DNA from: Promethearchaeota archaeon
Lineage (GTDB): Archaea; Asgardarchaeota; Hermodarchaeia; Hermodarchaeales; Hermodarchaeaceae
Direction of reading: 5' to 3'
DNA length: 32,000 nt
Assembly (NCBI GenBank): GCA_048938385.1
Contig: JBHLMG010000001.1
Location: 183,703-215,702, forward strand
Shown: piece after piece, positions 18,015 through 27,968 of the stretch
Numbering within the stretch: the first letter of the stretch is position 1
Layout: every line of letters starts with the position of its first letter
Notes under the pieces: model-generated
Database searches by the model: none
Seen by the model: only the letters and a program-made list of their open reading frames with translations
What the model was told of the DNA's origin: nothing
Program-made: the position numbers and the translations under genes

Positions 18015-19316
18015 ATGTCAGATAAGAAACCACACATCAACCTCATCATCATTGGACATGTAGATCACGGCAAGTCCACCCTGATGGGGCACATGCTATA
18101 CAAGACTGGAGCACTGTCAAAACAAGAAATGGCAAAGCTCGAAAAGTTGGCAGAAGAGATGGATCGTGGATCCTTCAAATTTGCTTATGTGATGGATCGC
18201 CTCAAAGAGGAACGAGAACGCGGACTGACCATAGACTTAGCGTTCCGTCCATTTCAGACTCAAAAAAACTACTTCACAATTATTGACGCACCGGGTCATG
18301 CTGACTTCATTAAGAACATGATCACTGGAGCTAGTCAAGCTGATGCTGCTATTCTAGTGGTGTCGGCGCGTAAGGGTGAGTTTGAAGCTGGCGTGGGTGC
18401 TGGTGGTCAGACGCGCGAGCACGCATTCCTTGCAAAGACTCTGGGCATTGATCAAGTCGTCGTTGCCATCAATAAGATGGATGATTCGACTCCGCCATGG
18501 TCTGAAGAACGCTATAACGAGATCAAAGCCGAGGTTTCTGAACTTTTGAAAGGTGCACAGTTTGACGTCAGCAAAGTCCAGTTCGTACCTATCTCAGGAT
18601 GGACTGGTGACACCCTAAACGAAGCTAGTACGAACATGGGTTGGTACAAAGGCCCAACTCTCCTAGACGCCATTGACCAATTCATCCTACCACCCAAGCC
18701 CATCGAAGATCCACTTCGCGTACCAATTCAGGATGTGTACACCATCACCGGAATTGGCACGGTCCCAGTGGGGCGTATTGAAACAGGAGTACTAAAAGTC
18801 GGGGACAAGGTCATCTTCATGCCACCTAACAAACAAGGAGAAATAAAGACCATTGAAATGCACCACGAACGCATGGACAAAGCAGAACCTGGTGATAACA
18901 TTGGATTTAATGTTCGAGGCATCGGTAAAGGCGAAATCCGCCGTGGCGATGTCATGGGGCATGTCAATAAACCACCACGGGTTGTCCAAGAATTCGTCGG
19001 GCAAATCATTGTCCTCTTTCACCCTCGGGCTATTGCCGCAGGTTACACACCCGTTCTTCACGCGCACACCGCACAAGTGGCAGCAACCATTACCGAAATC
19101 AAGTCAAAGCTTGATCCCCGAACCGGTGAAGTTGTCCAAGAAAATCCTGACTTCATCAAGCAGGGAGACTCAGCTATTGTGAAACTTCGACCAGTTCAAC
19201 CACTGTGTCTTGAAACCTATGCTCAAATGAAACAGTTAGGGCGTTTTGCTATCCGCGACAGTGGACGGACAGTAGCGGTCGGAGTTGTCAGAGAGGTCAC
19301 CGAAGAGAGGAAGTAA
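18015..19316 (+). CDS. tef1: Translation elongation factor 1-alpha
   Basis: 433 aa. [39 protein letters not shown] and NKMDD GTPase motifs. Confidence 0.97.
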   Translation: MSDKKPHINLIIIGHVDHGKSTLMGHMLYKTGALSKQEMAKLEKLAEEMDRGSFKFAYVMDRLKEERERGLTIDLAFRPFQTQKNYFTIIDAPGHADFIKNMITGASQADAAILVVSARKGEFEAGVGAGGQTREHAFLAKTLGIDQVVVAINKMDDSTPPWSEERYNEIKAEVSELLKGAQFDVSKVQFVPISGWTGDTLNEASTNMGWYKGPTLLDAIDQFILPPKPIEDPLRVPIQDVYTITGIGTVPVGRIETGVLKVGDKVIFMPPNKQGEIKTIEMHHERMDKAEPGDNIGFNVRGIGKGEIRRGDVMGHVNKPPRVVQEFVGQIIVLFHPRAIAAGYTPVLHAHTAQVAATITEIKSKLDPRTGEVVQENPDFIKQGDSAIVKLRPVQPLCLETYAQMKQLGRFAIRDSGRTVAVGVVREVTEERK

Positions 19317-19358
19317 TGATAACAGGAACCTGTTATCATCCCCCTCTTTCTTTTTTTC
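19317..19358 (+). terminator. Hairpin plus T-rich tract after tef1
   Basis: Perfect inverted repeat TGATAACAGG-AA-CCTGTTATCA overlapping the stop region, followed by tccccctctttctttttttct. Confidence 0.6.
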
Positions 19359-19453
19359 TCATTAACTGAGTCATTGTTATGGAAAAAGAGTTAAAAGGCA
19401 CCAAACTATGGGATTGATTCCCAACTTCGAAAAGAACACTGAGTGTAGTACTT

Positions 19454-19762
19454 ATGGTTCAAAAAGCACGGATTCGACTCTCAAGTACCGACATCCCCAA
19501 ACTAAACGAGGTTTGCACCCAAGTCCAATCTATCGTATCGCGAACTGGAGTTCACATGTCGGGTCCAATACCGCTCCCAACAAAAACCCTCAAAGTCCAC
19601 ACAAGAAAATCACCTTGTGGTGAAGGCACTCCAACTTGGGATCATTGGCAAATGCGAATCCACAAACGGCTCATCGATTTAGAAGCTGATGAACGAACCA
19701 TGCGACAGATAATGCGAATTCGAGTGCCAGACGAAGTTTTTATTGAGATTACGCTTAAGTGA
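19454..19762 (+). CDS. rps10: Ribosomal protein S10 (uS10)
   Basis: 102 aa. [57 protein letters not shown]. Confidence 0.95.
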   Translation: MVQKARIRLSSTDIPKLNEVCTQVQSIVSRTGVHMSGPIPLPTKTLKVHTRKSPCGEGTPTWDHWQMRIHKRLIDLEADERTMRQIMRIRVPDEVFIEITLK

Positions 19763-19871
19763 GAAGCTCAACTGTCGCCGGGACACCAACTCTCACGCCA
19801 TTTCTTTTTAAAAATCATCACTATTCTTCAAGAGTAATGCTATTTAGTAATGTATTAGCAACGATTCCATT

Positions 19872-20387
19872 ATGTCTGCCGAGAATCCACGCACAACCTT
19901 GTGTATCGTCCTTTTTGCAAGCCTTTTAGTTTACACTATGATTGCAATGCTACTTCTTCCTCTTATCACGCCACTCATTATAACTCGAGAAGATGCTATG
20001 ACCGCTATTTTCCAAAGCAGCTTGATGTATTTTTTCCTTTTCTTGGTATTTTTACTCCCATCAAGTTTTGTGTATTGGCGCCATCGAATTGATGTAAAGG
20101 TTCTTGGACCAGAACCTGCTGCTGTGGAGCCAGGTGATGAAATTACTCTAACTGTGGCTGTAGGTTTACCCGGCGATACCTCACCCAAAGGTGCTGTGCT
20201 TGAGGCCTTTCTAGGAGAACTCATCATCGCTACCCAGAAGGTTGAGAGGAGTCCTGTATATCTTTCTTTGCAAGTACCAGAAATAACTCCTGGCTACCAT
20301 AAGGTCATCGTCCGAGTAAGTCAAGAAGGTTATTTCAGCGCTTCTAACGCTTATGAGCTTCTCATCGCTCCTGGCGAGATCATTTAG
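19872..20387 (+). CDS. Small membrane protein with two N-terminal TM helices and a beta-sandwich-like extracytosolic domain, function unknown
   Basis: 171 aa. Two hydrophobic stretches (CIVLFASLLVYTMIAMLLLPLIT and LMYFFLFLVFLLPSSFVYW), then VEPGDEITLTVAVGL...PSLQVPEITPGYHKVIVRVSQEGYFS-type repeat sequence. Confidence 0.6.
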   Translation: MSAENPRTTLCIVLFASLLVYTMIAMLLLPLITPLIITREDAMTAIFQSSLMYFFLFLVFLLPSSFVYWRHRIDVKVLGPEPAAVEPGDEITLTVAVGLPGDTSPKGAVLEAFLGELIIATQKVERSPVYLSLQVPEITPGYHKVIVRVSQEGYFSASNAYELLIAPGEII

Positions 20388-20388
20388 C

Positions 20389-21276
20389 TCACAGGTGTGC
20401 TTGCTCTAATAGACGAAAAATCGTCAACCCAATCAAGACGGCTTCCTCGACGCGCACTGTAGCGACACCTTGGGCTGAAAGAAAATTCACTTGATAACTC
20501 GTGATCGCAATCAGGTCAAGTCCCTCTCGGCTCAAAATCGCATCTAATCCTTCCTTATGACTACCAAATAGCAACAGCAAGTGTCCCACTTTCTGCCAGG
20601 TTTGGCGAAGCAAAGGGGCATAGTTGTTTACCAAATTTCCTTTTCGCGTTGTAGCCACGATAAATTTGTAAGCGGAAGTCTTTTGCAAGAAGTCACCTAA
20701 AAGCGATGGCACTTGCTGTACTTTGTATCCCCAATAAACATGGGATTGGGTAAATGAGTATGGTTGAGCAACTAAATCACCAGAACGGCTTCGATGGACT
20801 TGAACCGTGATGCGGGCTGGAAGGCGTTCAGAGCGAATATTTTGAAGAGGAAGAGGAACTTCCACTCCTATATCAACCACTGGCTGGCCCCCTTGTTGAA
20901 AGGCATATCCTTCACGGATTTCTCCCTGCTTAAGTTTCTGTATCCGCTTTTCTACGGGGTGATGAGGAGTCCGTAGAGGTGGGAGAAGTCCAACATATTG
21001 CAACTCAGGGAGTTTTTTGAAAAGGTGCTTTCTGAGGTATTGAGGCGTTTCCATATACTCAAGCACTTGTGTGATGAGTTGGTTATTCCTTCTTTGTCGT
21101 TGAGTTTCCTCATCAAGATATACCAGAATTTCATCTACCTGAAAGATTGAAGCTGCTCGTGCGATTCGCCCAATATGTTGAGTCTTTTGCGCCTTATTCG
21201 GATAGATGTCAATGAAGGAAGATGGAACCGCAATAGAAAGGCGCAAAGGATTAGATTCGGAATTTGTCGATAACAT
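20389..21276 (-). CDS. SPOUT-superfamily RNA methyltransferase (COG2106/DUF171-like)
   Basis: 295 aa. N-terminal LRLSIAVPSSFIDIYPNKAQKTQHIGRIARAASIFQVDEILVY and C-terminal LLLFGSHKEGL...NFLSAQGVATVRVEEAVLIGLTIFRLL. Archaeal homologues are commonly next to rpl3. Confidence 0.8.
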   Translation of the reverse strand: MLSTNSESNPLRLSIAVPSSFIDIYPNKAQKTQHIGRIARAASIFQVDEILVYLDEETQRQRRNNQLITQVLEYMETPQYLRKHLFKKLPELQYVGLLPPLRTPHHPVEKRIQKLKQGEIREGYAFQQGGQPVVDIGVEVPLPLQNIRSERLPARITVQVHRSRSGDLVAQPYSFTQSHVYWGYKVQQVPSLLGDFLQKTSAYKFIVATTRKGNLVNNYAPLLRQTWQKVGHLLLLFGSHKEGLDAILSREGLDLIAITSYQVNFLSAQGVATVRVEEAVLIGLTIFRLLEQAHL

Positions 21277-21291
21277 TCTTTGAAACCAAAC

Positions 21292-22752
21292 CTAGCCTTT
21301 CACAACTCCCATCGGCACTTGGCTAGCCACCTTTCGTGAAATATCTGCTCCATGAACTGAATCAACGACAATGTGAACATCTTTGTATGCATTCGGTGCT
21401 TCCTCAGCAAGAATTTTCATACCCACAGAGCGAATCACTTTCCCTTTCTGTTCCAGATTGTTTTTGACATCCTTGCCAAAAAAGCGGCGAGTTGCAGCAG
21501 AACGGGACATTGCACGTCCTGCACCGTGACAGGTTGATCCGAAGGTTTCCTTCATCGCCTGTTCAGTACCAACAAGCACATAGGATGCAGTACCCATTGA
21601 TCCACCAATCAACACTGGTTGTCCCACTGCTCGGTAAGGTTCTGGAATCATCGGGTGTCCTGGTCCGAATGCTCGAGTCGCACCTTTGCGATGAACGTAA
21701 AGCTTTTTCTTCAAACCATTTAACTCATGAGTTTCGAATTTACAGATGTTGTGTGTTACATCATAGACTAAGTGTAGACCTAGTTTCTCCCAATCCTGTC
21801 CCATCACAGCTTGAAATCCTTCACGAATCCAGTGTGTCATGACTTGTCGGTTGCAAAAAGCAAAGTTTACAGCCGCCTTCATTGCTGCATAGTAGTCCTG
21901 TCCTTCCGGTGATTGCGCTGGCGCGCACACTAATTGTTTATCTGGAAGCCAAATATTGTATTTCTTAACAGCCACGGCCATTCGTTCCAAATAATCTGTT
22001 GCCACCTGGTGACCGAAACCCCGCGACCCACAATGCAACATAATCACAACTTGTCCCTCTTCGAGACCAAAGGCTTTGGCTGTTGATGCATCAAAGATCT
22101 TGTTGACTTTTTGAACTTCCAGATAATGATTCCCGGCACCCAGCGTCCCCAACTGTGGGCGTCCACGCCTACGCGCCTTTTCAGAAATTCTTGGCGCTGA
22201 AGTGGCTGCTTTATCCATAGAACCGTTTTCTTCGCAATGCGTTAAATCGGCTTCGAGGCCGTAACCATTTTCTACCGCCCACCTTGCCCCGAGCCGAAGA
22301 ACCTCATTAAACTGCCCATCGCTCAATCGAATTTTTCCCTTCGAACCCACACCTGCTGGAACACGATTGAAAAGCTCATCCACTAATTCACGGAGTTTTG
22401 GTTTAACATCATCTACGGTGAGATTTGAGCGAATTAAGCGAACACCACAATTAATGTCAAAACCAGTACAACCCGCAGAGATCACTCCCTCTTCCGCGTC
22501 GAAAGATCCAACCGCTCCCATTGGCAACCCATAACCCCAATGGGCGTCAGGCATAGCGAGAACTGGTTCAACAACACCAGGTAGAGTTGCAACATTAGTC
22601 AACTGCTCTACTGCTGCATCTTCGAGCGTCTCAATTATCTCACTCGAACCAATAATCTTTGCTCCCACATTCATTCGGTCTCGGGCTGATTTGTCTAACC
22701 ACCATCGAAACTCATCCTGCCGCTTTAACTTCTCCTTCATTATAATTTTCAC
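21292..22752 (-). CDS. rtcB: tRNA-splicing ligase RtcB
   Basis: 486 aa. AMPDAHWGYGLPMGAVGSFDAEEGVISAGCTGFDINCGVR, GTLGAGNHYLEVQ, HCGSRGFGHQVATDYL and CHGAGRAMSRSAA. No intein. Confidence 0.96.
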   Translation of the reverse strand: MKIIMKEKLKRQDEFRWWLDKSARDRMNVGAKIIGSSEIIETLEDAAVEQLTNVATLPGVVEPVLAMPDAHWGYGLPMGAVGSFDAEEGVISAGCTGFDINCGVRLIRSNLTVDDVKPKLRELVDELFNRVPAGVGSKGKIRLSDGQFNEVLRLGARWAVENGYGLEADLTHCEENGSMDKAATSAPRISEKARRRGRPQLGTLGAGNHYLEVQKVNKIFDASTAKAFGLEEGQVVIMLHCGSRGFGHQVATDYLERMAVAVKKYNIWLPDKQLVCAPAQSPEGQDYYAAMKAAVNFAFCNRQVMTHWIREGFQAVMGQDWEKLGLHLVYDVTHNICKFETHELNGLKKKLYVHRKGATRAFGPGHPMIPEPYRAVGQPVLIGGSMGTASYVLVGTEQAMKETFGSTCHGAGRAMSRSAATRRFFGKDVKNNLEQKGKVIRSVGMKILAEEAPNAYKDVHIVVDSVHGADISRKVASQVPMGVVKG

Positions 22753-22764
22753 CTTCTAGCCTTT

Positions 22765-23187
22765 TCAGACATCAACTACAACAGTTGCCACATATTGGTT
22801 ATTAACCCTTTCAAGAGCAAACCTGTAAAAAGTCACACCTTTTACATGTGTGTGTAATTCCGGCATCTCTTGGCTTCCCATGGCTTTACCTGAAAGCTGT
22901 AACAATTTTTCAGGTGTTTTAACTATCGAATCGATAGCGAAATTGCTGAAAAATACCTCTTCAACTTCAAATTCGATTAATAAATTCGATAACCAGTCAT
23001 AAAGGAGGTGTTCCTCGTCCTTTCCCTGGGCAGTGATTTGGAGGCTAGTTTCGTTTTGCACCTCATCTAGATCATACATTACTCCAAACATCGCCTTGGC
23101 GGCATTAATGAAAACCTCAGCAAGCGTTTGGCCATAGGCACGGAACATTTGATCTGAAGTAATTTCATCAGGATATTCATATTCCAT
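22765..23187 (-). CDS. Archease
   Basis: 140 aa. Archease-like FRAYGQTLAEVFINAAKAMFGVMYD, EHLLYDWLSNLLIEFEVEEVFF, HTHVKGVTFYRFAL. Directly upstream of rtcB on the same strand. Confidence 0.88.
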   Translation of the reverse strand: MEYEYPDEITSDQMFRAYGQTLAEVFINAAKAMFGVMYDLDEVQNETSLQITAQGKDEEHLLYDWLSNLLIEFEVEEVFFSNFAIDSIVKTPEKLLQLSGKAMGSQEMPELHTHVKGVTFYRFALERVNNQYVATVVVDV

Positions 23188-23292
23188 ATATGATCACCAA
23201 GAGCAACGCGGGAGGATGGCGGATCCTCGCCTTTTAATTTTGATGTTTTCCCTGCTTGAAGAATCAATGTCGACATAAAAATCATATTGGAG

Positions 23293-23406
23293 TGGCGCCG
23301 GGTAAGGGATTCGAACCCTTGCGGCTCGGAAGCCACAGGCTGCCTTGGGGTGGTAACAATACCTGACCACTCAAGGCCCGCGCCGTAACCACTTGGCTAA
23401 CCCGGC
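23293..23406 (-). tRNA. tRNA-Ser(TGA) with 28-nt 37/38 intron (23369-23342)
   Basis: GCCGGGT/ACCCGGC acceptor. CGGGC CTTGAG^...^A GCCTG. Class II variable arm GGCT-TCCG-AGCC. BHB central helix CTTG/CAAG. T-arm AAGGG TTCGAAT CCCTT. Encoded CCA. Confidence 0.92.
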
Positions 23407-23585
23407 TTCGTTTAGGATAGAACTACGACTTTAAAGAAATAACGGTAGAACTTCAACAAGGCGATTTATCACCACCGAATGATAGGAAACACTTAAATGA
23501 CGCAATCCGCTTCCCAGCAAGTCGCCGAAGGCAACCCCTTAGTGATAGCTACTACTGCCTTGCCGGCGACATTAAATCCCTGGAA

Positions 23586-24596
23586 GTGGAATCCATGGGT
23601 CACCGAAAACAAAGTGCTCCAAGACATGGTAGTCTTTCTTATCGTCCCCGAAAGCGTGCGCGCCGGGTTAGTGGACGAATTCGCTATTGGCCTCACCAAG
23701 TATCTGAACCTCAGATTCTCGGATTCGCTGGATTCAAAGTCGGTATGACTCATGTGATCCTCATTGATGATAAACCAAATAGCCCATGGTACGGTCGAGA
23801 AGTAAATCGCGCCGTTACCATTATAGATACGCCACCAATGCTGGTTGCTTCCCTCCGTGGATATGGGCAAAATGGCGGTGGGCTACGACCTATTAGCGAA
23901 TGCTGGATGGAAAACTTACCTCGTGATATTCGACGAACTATGCCTTGGCCTAAAGAGTATGATGCCAAAGCATCTCTGACAAAATTAAGCAAATCGCTAA
24001 GCGAGATTACTGAACTGCGTGTTCGTCTTTTAACACAACCCAGACAAGCTGGTATAGGGAAGAAAAAACCTGACATCTTAGAGATGGGCGTGTATGGTGG
24101 GTCAATTCAGGAGCAATTTGAATACGCAAAGAATCTGCTAGGGCAGGAGATTCGCGTTCGAGATATCTTTCAACCCGGACAGTATCTCGATGTCGTTTCA
24201 GTCACTAAAGGGAAAGGGTTCCAAGGCGTGATAAAACGGTTTGGTGTGGCAAAATTACCCCACAAATCAAGAAAACGGGTTCGAGCCGTTGGAACGCTCG
24301 GTCCATGGCATCCCAACCGAATTATGTATACTGTTCCCCGACCAGGTCAAATGGGCGTCCATCAGCGTACAGAATATAATAAGCGCCTGATAAAAATCGG
24401 TGAAAAAACCGATGATATACAACCACCTGGCGGCTTTACACATTATGGTACCCCTCAATCCGATTTTCTCCTGCTTGACGGGTCTATTCCTGGTCCTTCC
24501 CGACGGCTAATACAACTACGAATGCCCACTCGTCCTAAACCGATTCCGGATAAACCTCCCGAAATCGTGTATATCAGTACAAGTAGTAAGAAGTAA
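23586..24596 (+). CDS. rpl3: Ribosomal protein L3 (uL3)
   Basis: 336 aa. MGHRKQSAPRHGSLSYRPRKRARR, TKGKGFQGVIKRFGV, RKRVRAVGTLGPWHPNRIMYTVPRPGQMGVHQRTEYNKR. Start may be 23595. Confidence 0.96.
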   Translation: MESMGHRKQSAPRHGSLSYRPRKRARRVSGRIRYWPHQVSEPQILGFAGFKVGMTHVILIDDKPNSPWYGREVNRAVTIIDTPPMLVASLRGYGQNGGGLRPISECWMENLPRDIRRTMPWPKEYDAKASLTKLSKSLSEITELRVRLLTQPRQAGIGKKKPDILEMGVYGGSIQEQFEYAKNLLGQEIRVRDIFQPGQYLDVVSVTKGKGFQGVIKRFGVAKLPHKSRKRVRAVGTLGPWHPNRIMYTVPRPGQMGVHQRTEYNKRLIKIGEKTDDIQPPGGFTHYGTPQSDFLLLDGSIPGPSRRLIQLRMPTRPKPIPDKPPEIVYISTSSKK

Positions 24597-24606
24597 AGGA
24601 GGATCC

Positions 24607-25401
24607 TTGATGGCATCAGTTAAAATTCTCACATTGGACGGCAAGAAGAAGGGTGCAGTAACTCTTCCTTCGGTATTCGAGACGCCACTACGAAGGGATA
24701 TCATCAAACGCGCCGTTCTTGCGAAGCAATCTGCGGGCTTTCAACCCCACGGTGTTGATCCTAGGGCAGGTAAACGGACATCTGCTGAGTCTTGGGGGGT
24801 AGGACATGGTCGGGCTCGTGTTCCACGCAGAAAGGGCCAAGGGTATCAATCTGCCTCCCATGGTGCTTTTGCTCCTTCGACAGTTGGCGGTCGTCGTACT
24901 CACCCCCCAGAAGCTACCAAAAATTCTCTTGAAAGGATAAATAGAAATGAACGGCGACTGGCTATTCGCTCTGCCATTGCCGCGACCGCAAACAGTACAC
25001 TGGTGACAGCTCGTGGGCATACTTTTGAGGTAGACGAACTTCCCATCATCACGGTGGATGAACTTCAAGCCATTCAGTCAACAGAAGAGGCAAAGGAAGC
25101 GTTTGTAAATTTAGGGATATGGAATGATGTTCTCCGAGTGAAAAATGGTCGTAAAATCAGAGGCGGAAATGCTCGTCGTCGAGGTCGGAAGTATCGAAAA
25201 CCTGTTGGACCACTCATAGTAATCGTAGAGGATAAGGGCATTCGGAAAGCTGCACGCAATCTTCCTGGCGTCAAGATACGCTATGTATCAAAACTCAACG
25301 CTGAAGACCTCGCTCCAGGAACGCAACCAGGTAGACTTACTGTGTGGACAAAATCAGCTATAGATGCTCTCGCTACTGGTCTGTTTGGAGGCGGTCAATG
25401 A
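24607..25401 (+). CDS. rpl4: Ribosomal protein L4 (uL4)
   Basis: 264 aa. VFETPLRRDIIKRAVLA, GRARVPRRKGQGYQSASHGAFAPSTVGGRRTHPP. Confidence 0.95.
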   Translation: MMASVKILTLDGKKKGAVTLPSVFETPLRRDIIKRAVLAKQSAGFQPHGVDPRAGKRTSAESWGVGHGRARVPRRKGQGYQSASHGAFAPSTVGGRRTHPPEATKNSLERINRNERRLAIRSAIAATANSTLVTARGHTFEVDELPIITVDELQAIQSTEEAKEAFVNLGIWNDVLRVKNGRKIRGGNARRRGRKYRKPVGPLIVIVEDKGIRKAARNLPGVKIRYVSKLNAEDLAPGTQPGRLTVWTKSAIDALATGLFGGGQ

Positions 25402-25661
25402 TGGAACCTTATGATGTTATCATCCGAATGATGATTACTGAGCGTGCCTCAGAAATTGTTGAAAAAGATAACCGGCTAACCTTCATTGTGAATCGAAAAG
25501 CCACAAAGGGGCAAATCCGTGAAGCAATTGAAACGCTTTACGAAGTGAAGGTTCTCAAAGTCAACACTCTCATCACACCTAAAGGCGAAAAGAAAGCCAT
25601 GGTCAAACTTGCTCCCGAGTATAACGCCGCTGATCTAGCTGTGAAACTTGGACTCTTCTAA
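25398..25661 (+). CDS. rpl23: Ribosomal protein L23 (uL23)
   Basis: MEPYDVIIRMMITERASEIVEKDNRLTFIVNRKATKGQIREAIETLYEVKVLKVNTLITPKGEKKAMVKL. Overlaps the rpl4 stop. Confidence 0.94.
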   Translation: MMEPYDVIIRMMITERASEIVEKDNRLTFIVNRKATKGQIREAIETLYEVKVLKVNTLITPKGEKKAMVKLAPEYNAADLAVKLGLF

Positions 25662-25678
25662 TCGGAGGTAAAAACACG

Positions 25679-26407
25679 ATGGGTAAACGAATCTATGTGC
25701 AACGACGGGGTCGCGGAAGTCCGACATTTCGTGCTAACTCTCATCGAAGACGCGGCGCGGTAAAATATCCTCCACTAGCTCTTATGACTAAGATAGGCTA
25801 TCTAAACGCCACAATAGATGATCTTCTTCACGATCCTGGGCGAGGCTGTCCAATCGCACACCTTACGCTGGACGATGGATCAACACATCTTGCCTTGGTG
25901 CCTGAAGGTTCCGCGGTCGGAGACCAAATCCGCATTGGACCCAAAGCGGGCATACGCTCAGGACATATTCTTCCTCTTGGAAAAATTCCTGAAGGTACCC
26001 CTATCTTCAACATCGAAGGTCAACCTGGCGATGGTGGAAAATTCGTTCGGTCCAGTGGAACCTACGCAACAATTGTCACTCATAGACGCGGTAGCACCAC
26101 AATTCGTCTCCCTTCAGGAAAAATGCGAACATTCAACTCAACCGCTCGAGCCACTATTGGCGTGGTCTCCGGTGGAGGACGCCCTGAAAAACCCTTCCTC
26201 AAGGCAGGTAGTAAACACAAACATCGCTACGCAAAGGGACTGACCTATCCTAAGGTTCGTGGTGTGGCCATGAATGCAGCCTCGCATCCACACGGTGGAG
26301 GAAACAAACAACACCCCGGTGGACCAACTTCTGTTAAAAGAACTGCTCCGCCCGGTCAAAAGGTCGGTTTAATCGCTCCAAAACGGACAGGTCGCAAGAA
26401 GCGTTGA
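25679..26407 (+). CDS. rpl2: Ribosomal protein L2 (uL2)
   Basis: 242 aa. MGKRIYVQRRGRGSPTFRANSHRRRGAVKYPP, GVAMNAASHPHGGGNKQHPGGPTSVKR. Confidence 0.96.
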   Translation: MGKRIYVQRRGRGSPTFRANSHRRRGAVKYPPLALMTKIGYLNATIDDLLHDPGRGCPIAHLTLDDGSTHLALVPEGSAVGDQIRIGPKAGIRSGHILPLGKIPEGTPIFNIEGQPGDGGKFVRSSGTYATIVTHRRGSTTIRLPSGKMRTFNSTARATIGVVSGGGRPEKPFLKAGSKHKHRYAKGLTYPKVRGVAMNAASHPHGGGNKQHPGGPTSVKRTAPPGQKVGLIAPKRTGRKKR

Positions 26408-26447
26408 TCGCTTCATCCTCCCCTGTTCTCAAAGAAAGGGTAAGTTA

Positions 26448-27968
26448 TTATCGCTGCTCTCTAAACATACGCCAAGAAAGGGTCATTGTTCGAGGGTGTG
26501 CAGCTTTAACCTCGTCAAGTCGAGATATCGCTGTATTGCGTGGCGTCTCACGAACGGCTTGAGGGTTACTGTAGGCTTGATCAGAAATTTCCCGCAGGGC
26601 ATTGATGAACCGGTCAAGTTCAGCCTTACTGAAGGTTTCAGTAGGTTCAATCATCAAGGCTTCTTCAACGATAGCTGGAAAATAGAAGGTCGGGGCGTGC
26701 ACTCCGCGATCGAGGAGGGCTTTTGCGACATCGCGAGCATTAACACCTGTAGCTTCTTCAAGAGGTTTAGCACTAATAACAACTTCATGTTTCCGCCAAA
26801 CACCAGGAGCGAAGGGAATATTGTACCCTTTGATGGCTTCAACCTGTTTCATGATGTAATTCGCATTTAGAACAGCATGGTCCGAGACGGCGTTAAGTCC
26901 TTCCTTGCCCATGCGCATGATGTAAGCATAAGCTTTCAGAAGGACTGCTGAGTTTCCCCAATATCCGTGCAATCGCCCAATAGCTTTCGGACGATTAACT
27001 TCCAATGAGTAACTAGTTCCATCAAAAATAATGATAGGAATCGGCAGATAGGGCGCTAACCGCTTTTTGACACCCACAGGTCCTGCGCCAGGACCGCCAC
27101 CTCCATGTGGCGTAGCAAAAGTTTTGTGGAGGTTAAGATGGATGATGTCAAATCCCATATCGCCTGGACGCACACGACCGAGATTGGCGTTGAGGTTTGC
27201 TCCATCGTAGTAGAGCAACCCCCCTGCTTTATGAATAATCTCTGCAATGGAATCGATATTTTGTTCAAAAAGCCCCAAAGTATTGGGATTTGTAAGCATT
27301 AGTCCCGCTGTGGTGTCGGAAACTGTCGTTTCAAGTGCGTCGAGGTCAATTTGTCCATTGCTATTAGAGGGAATGACCACCACATCAAATCCCGCCATAG
27401 CGGCACTAGCAGGATTGGTGCCATGAGCAGAATCAGGAACAATAATTTCTCTGCGTTGTTCCAGTTGACCATGCTCAGCGTGGTAGGCTCGAATAATAAG
27501 AACGCCGGTTAATTCTCCCTGTGCACCCGCGGCGGGTTGTAGGGAAAATTGATCCATACCAGTGATTTCCTTCAACCATTGTTCAAGCTCAAAGAAAATG
27601 TGCAAAATTCCCTGGAGCGTTGAACAATCTTGGTCGGGGTGTAATTGGGAAAATTGGGGGTTCCTAACGATTTCTTCGTTCATGGGGGGGTTGTACTTCA
27701 TTGTACAGCTTCCCAGTGGATATAGTCCTAGATCGATGCAATAATTCATCTGGGATAGTCGAATAAAATGTTGAAGCACTTCGGGTTCCGATAACTCGGG
27801 AAGGAGTGGCGGGTTCAGTCGTTGAAGGCTTTCAGGAATGGTAGACAACGGATCAGGCGCAGCTTTTTGAATGACCTTGCTCACCTTAGGTAAGGAATAA
27901 CCTACAGCTCCTTTTCGCGAGTTTTCAAACACCAAGGCTTCATCCCACTTGGCTTGTCGAAATGTCAT
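26448..27968 (-). CDS. gcvPB: Glycine dehydrogenase (decarboxylating) subunit 2
   Basis: LGLYPLGSCTMKYNPPMNE, FSLQPAAGAQGELTGVLIIRAYH and the PLP-site-like HLNLHKTFATPHGGGGPGAGPVGVK. Start ATG overlaps the gcvPA TGA (ATGA). Confidence 0.95.
   Translation of the reverse strand: MTFRQAKWDEALVFENSRKGAVGYSLPKVSKVIQKAAPDPLSTIPESLQRLNPPLLPELSEPEVLQHFIRLSQMNYCIDLGLYPLGSCTMKYNPPMNEEIVRNPQFSQLHPDQDCSTLQGILHIFFELEQWLKEITGMDQFSLQPAAGAQGELTGVLIIRAYHAEHGQLEQRREIIVPDSAHGTNPASAAMAGFDVVVIPSNSNGQIDLDALETTVSDTTAGLMLTNPNTLGLFEQNIDSIAEIIHKAGGLLYYDGANLNANLGRVRPGDMGFDIIHLNLHKTFATPHGGGGPGAGPVGVKKRLAPYLPIPIIIFDGTSYSLEVNRPKAIGRLHGYWGNSAVLLKAYAYIMRMGKEGLNAVSDHAVLNANYIMKQVEAIKGYNIPFAPGVWRKHEVVISAKPLEEATGVNARDVAKALLDRGVHAPTFYFPAIVEEALMIEPTETFSKAELDRFINALREISDQAYSNPQAVRETPRNTAISRLDEVKAAHPRTMTLSWRMFREQR

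Noticed and set aside
23493-23870. Minus-strand 125-aa ORF opposite rpl3
   Set aside because: Antisense shadow of the rpl3 start region with no domain signature.
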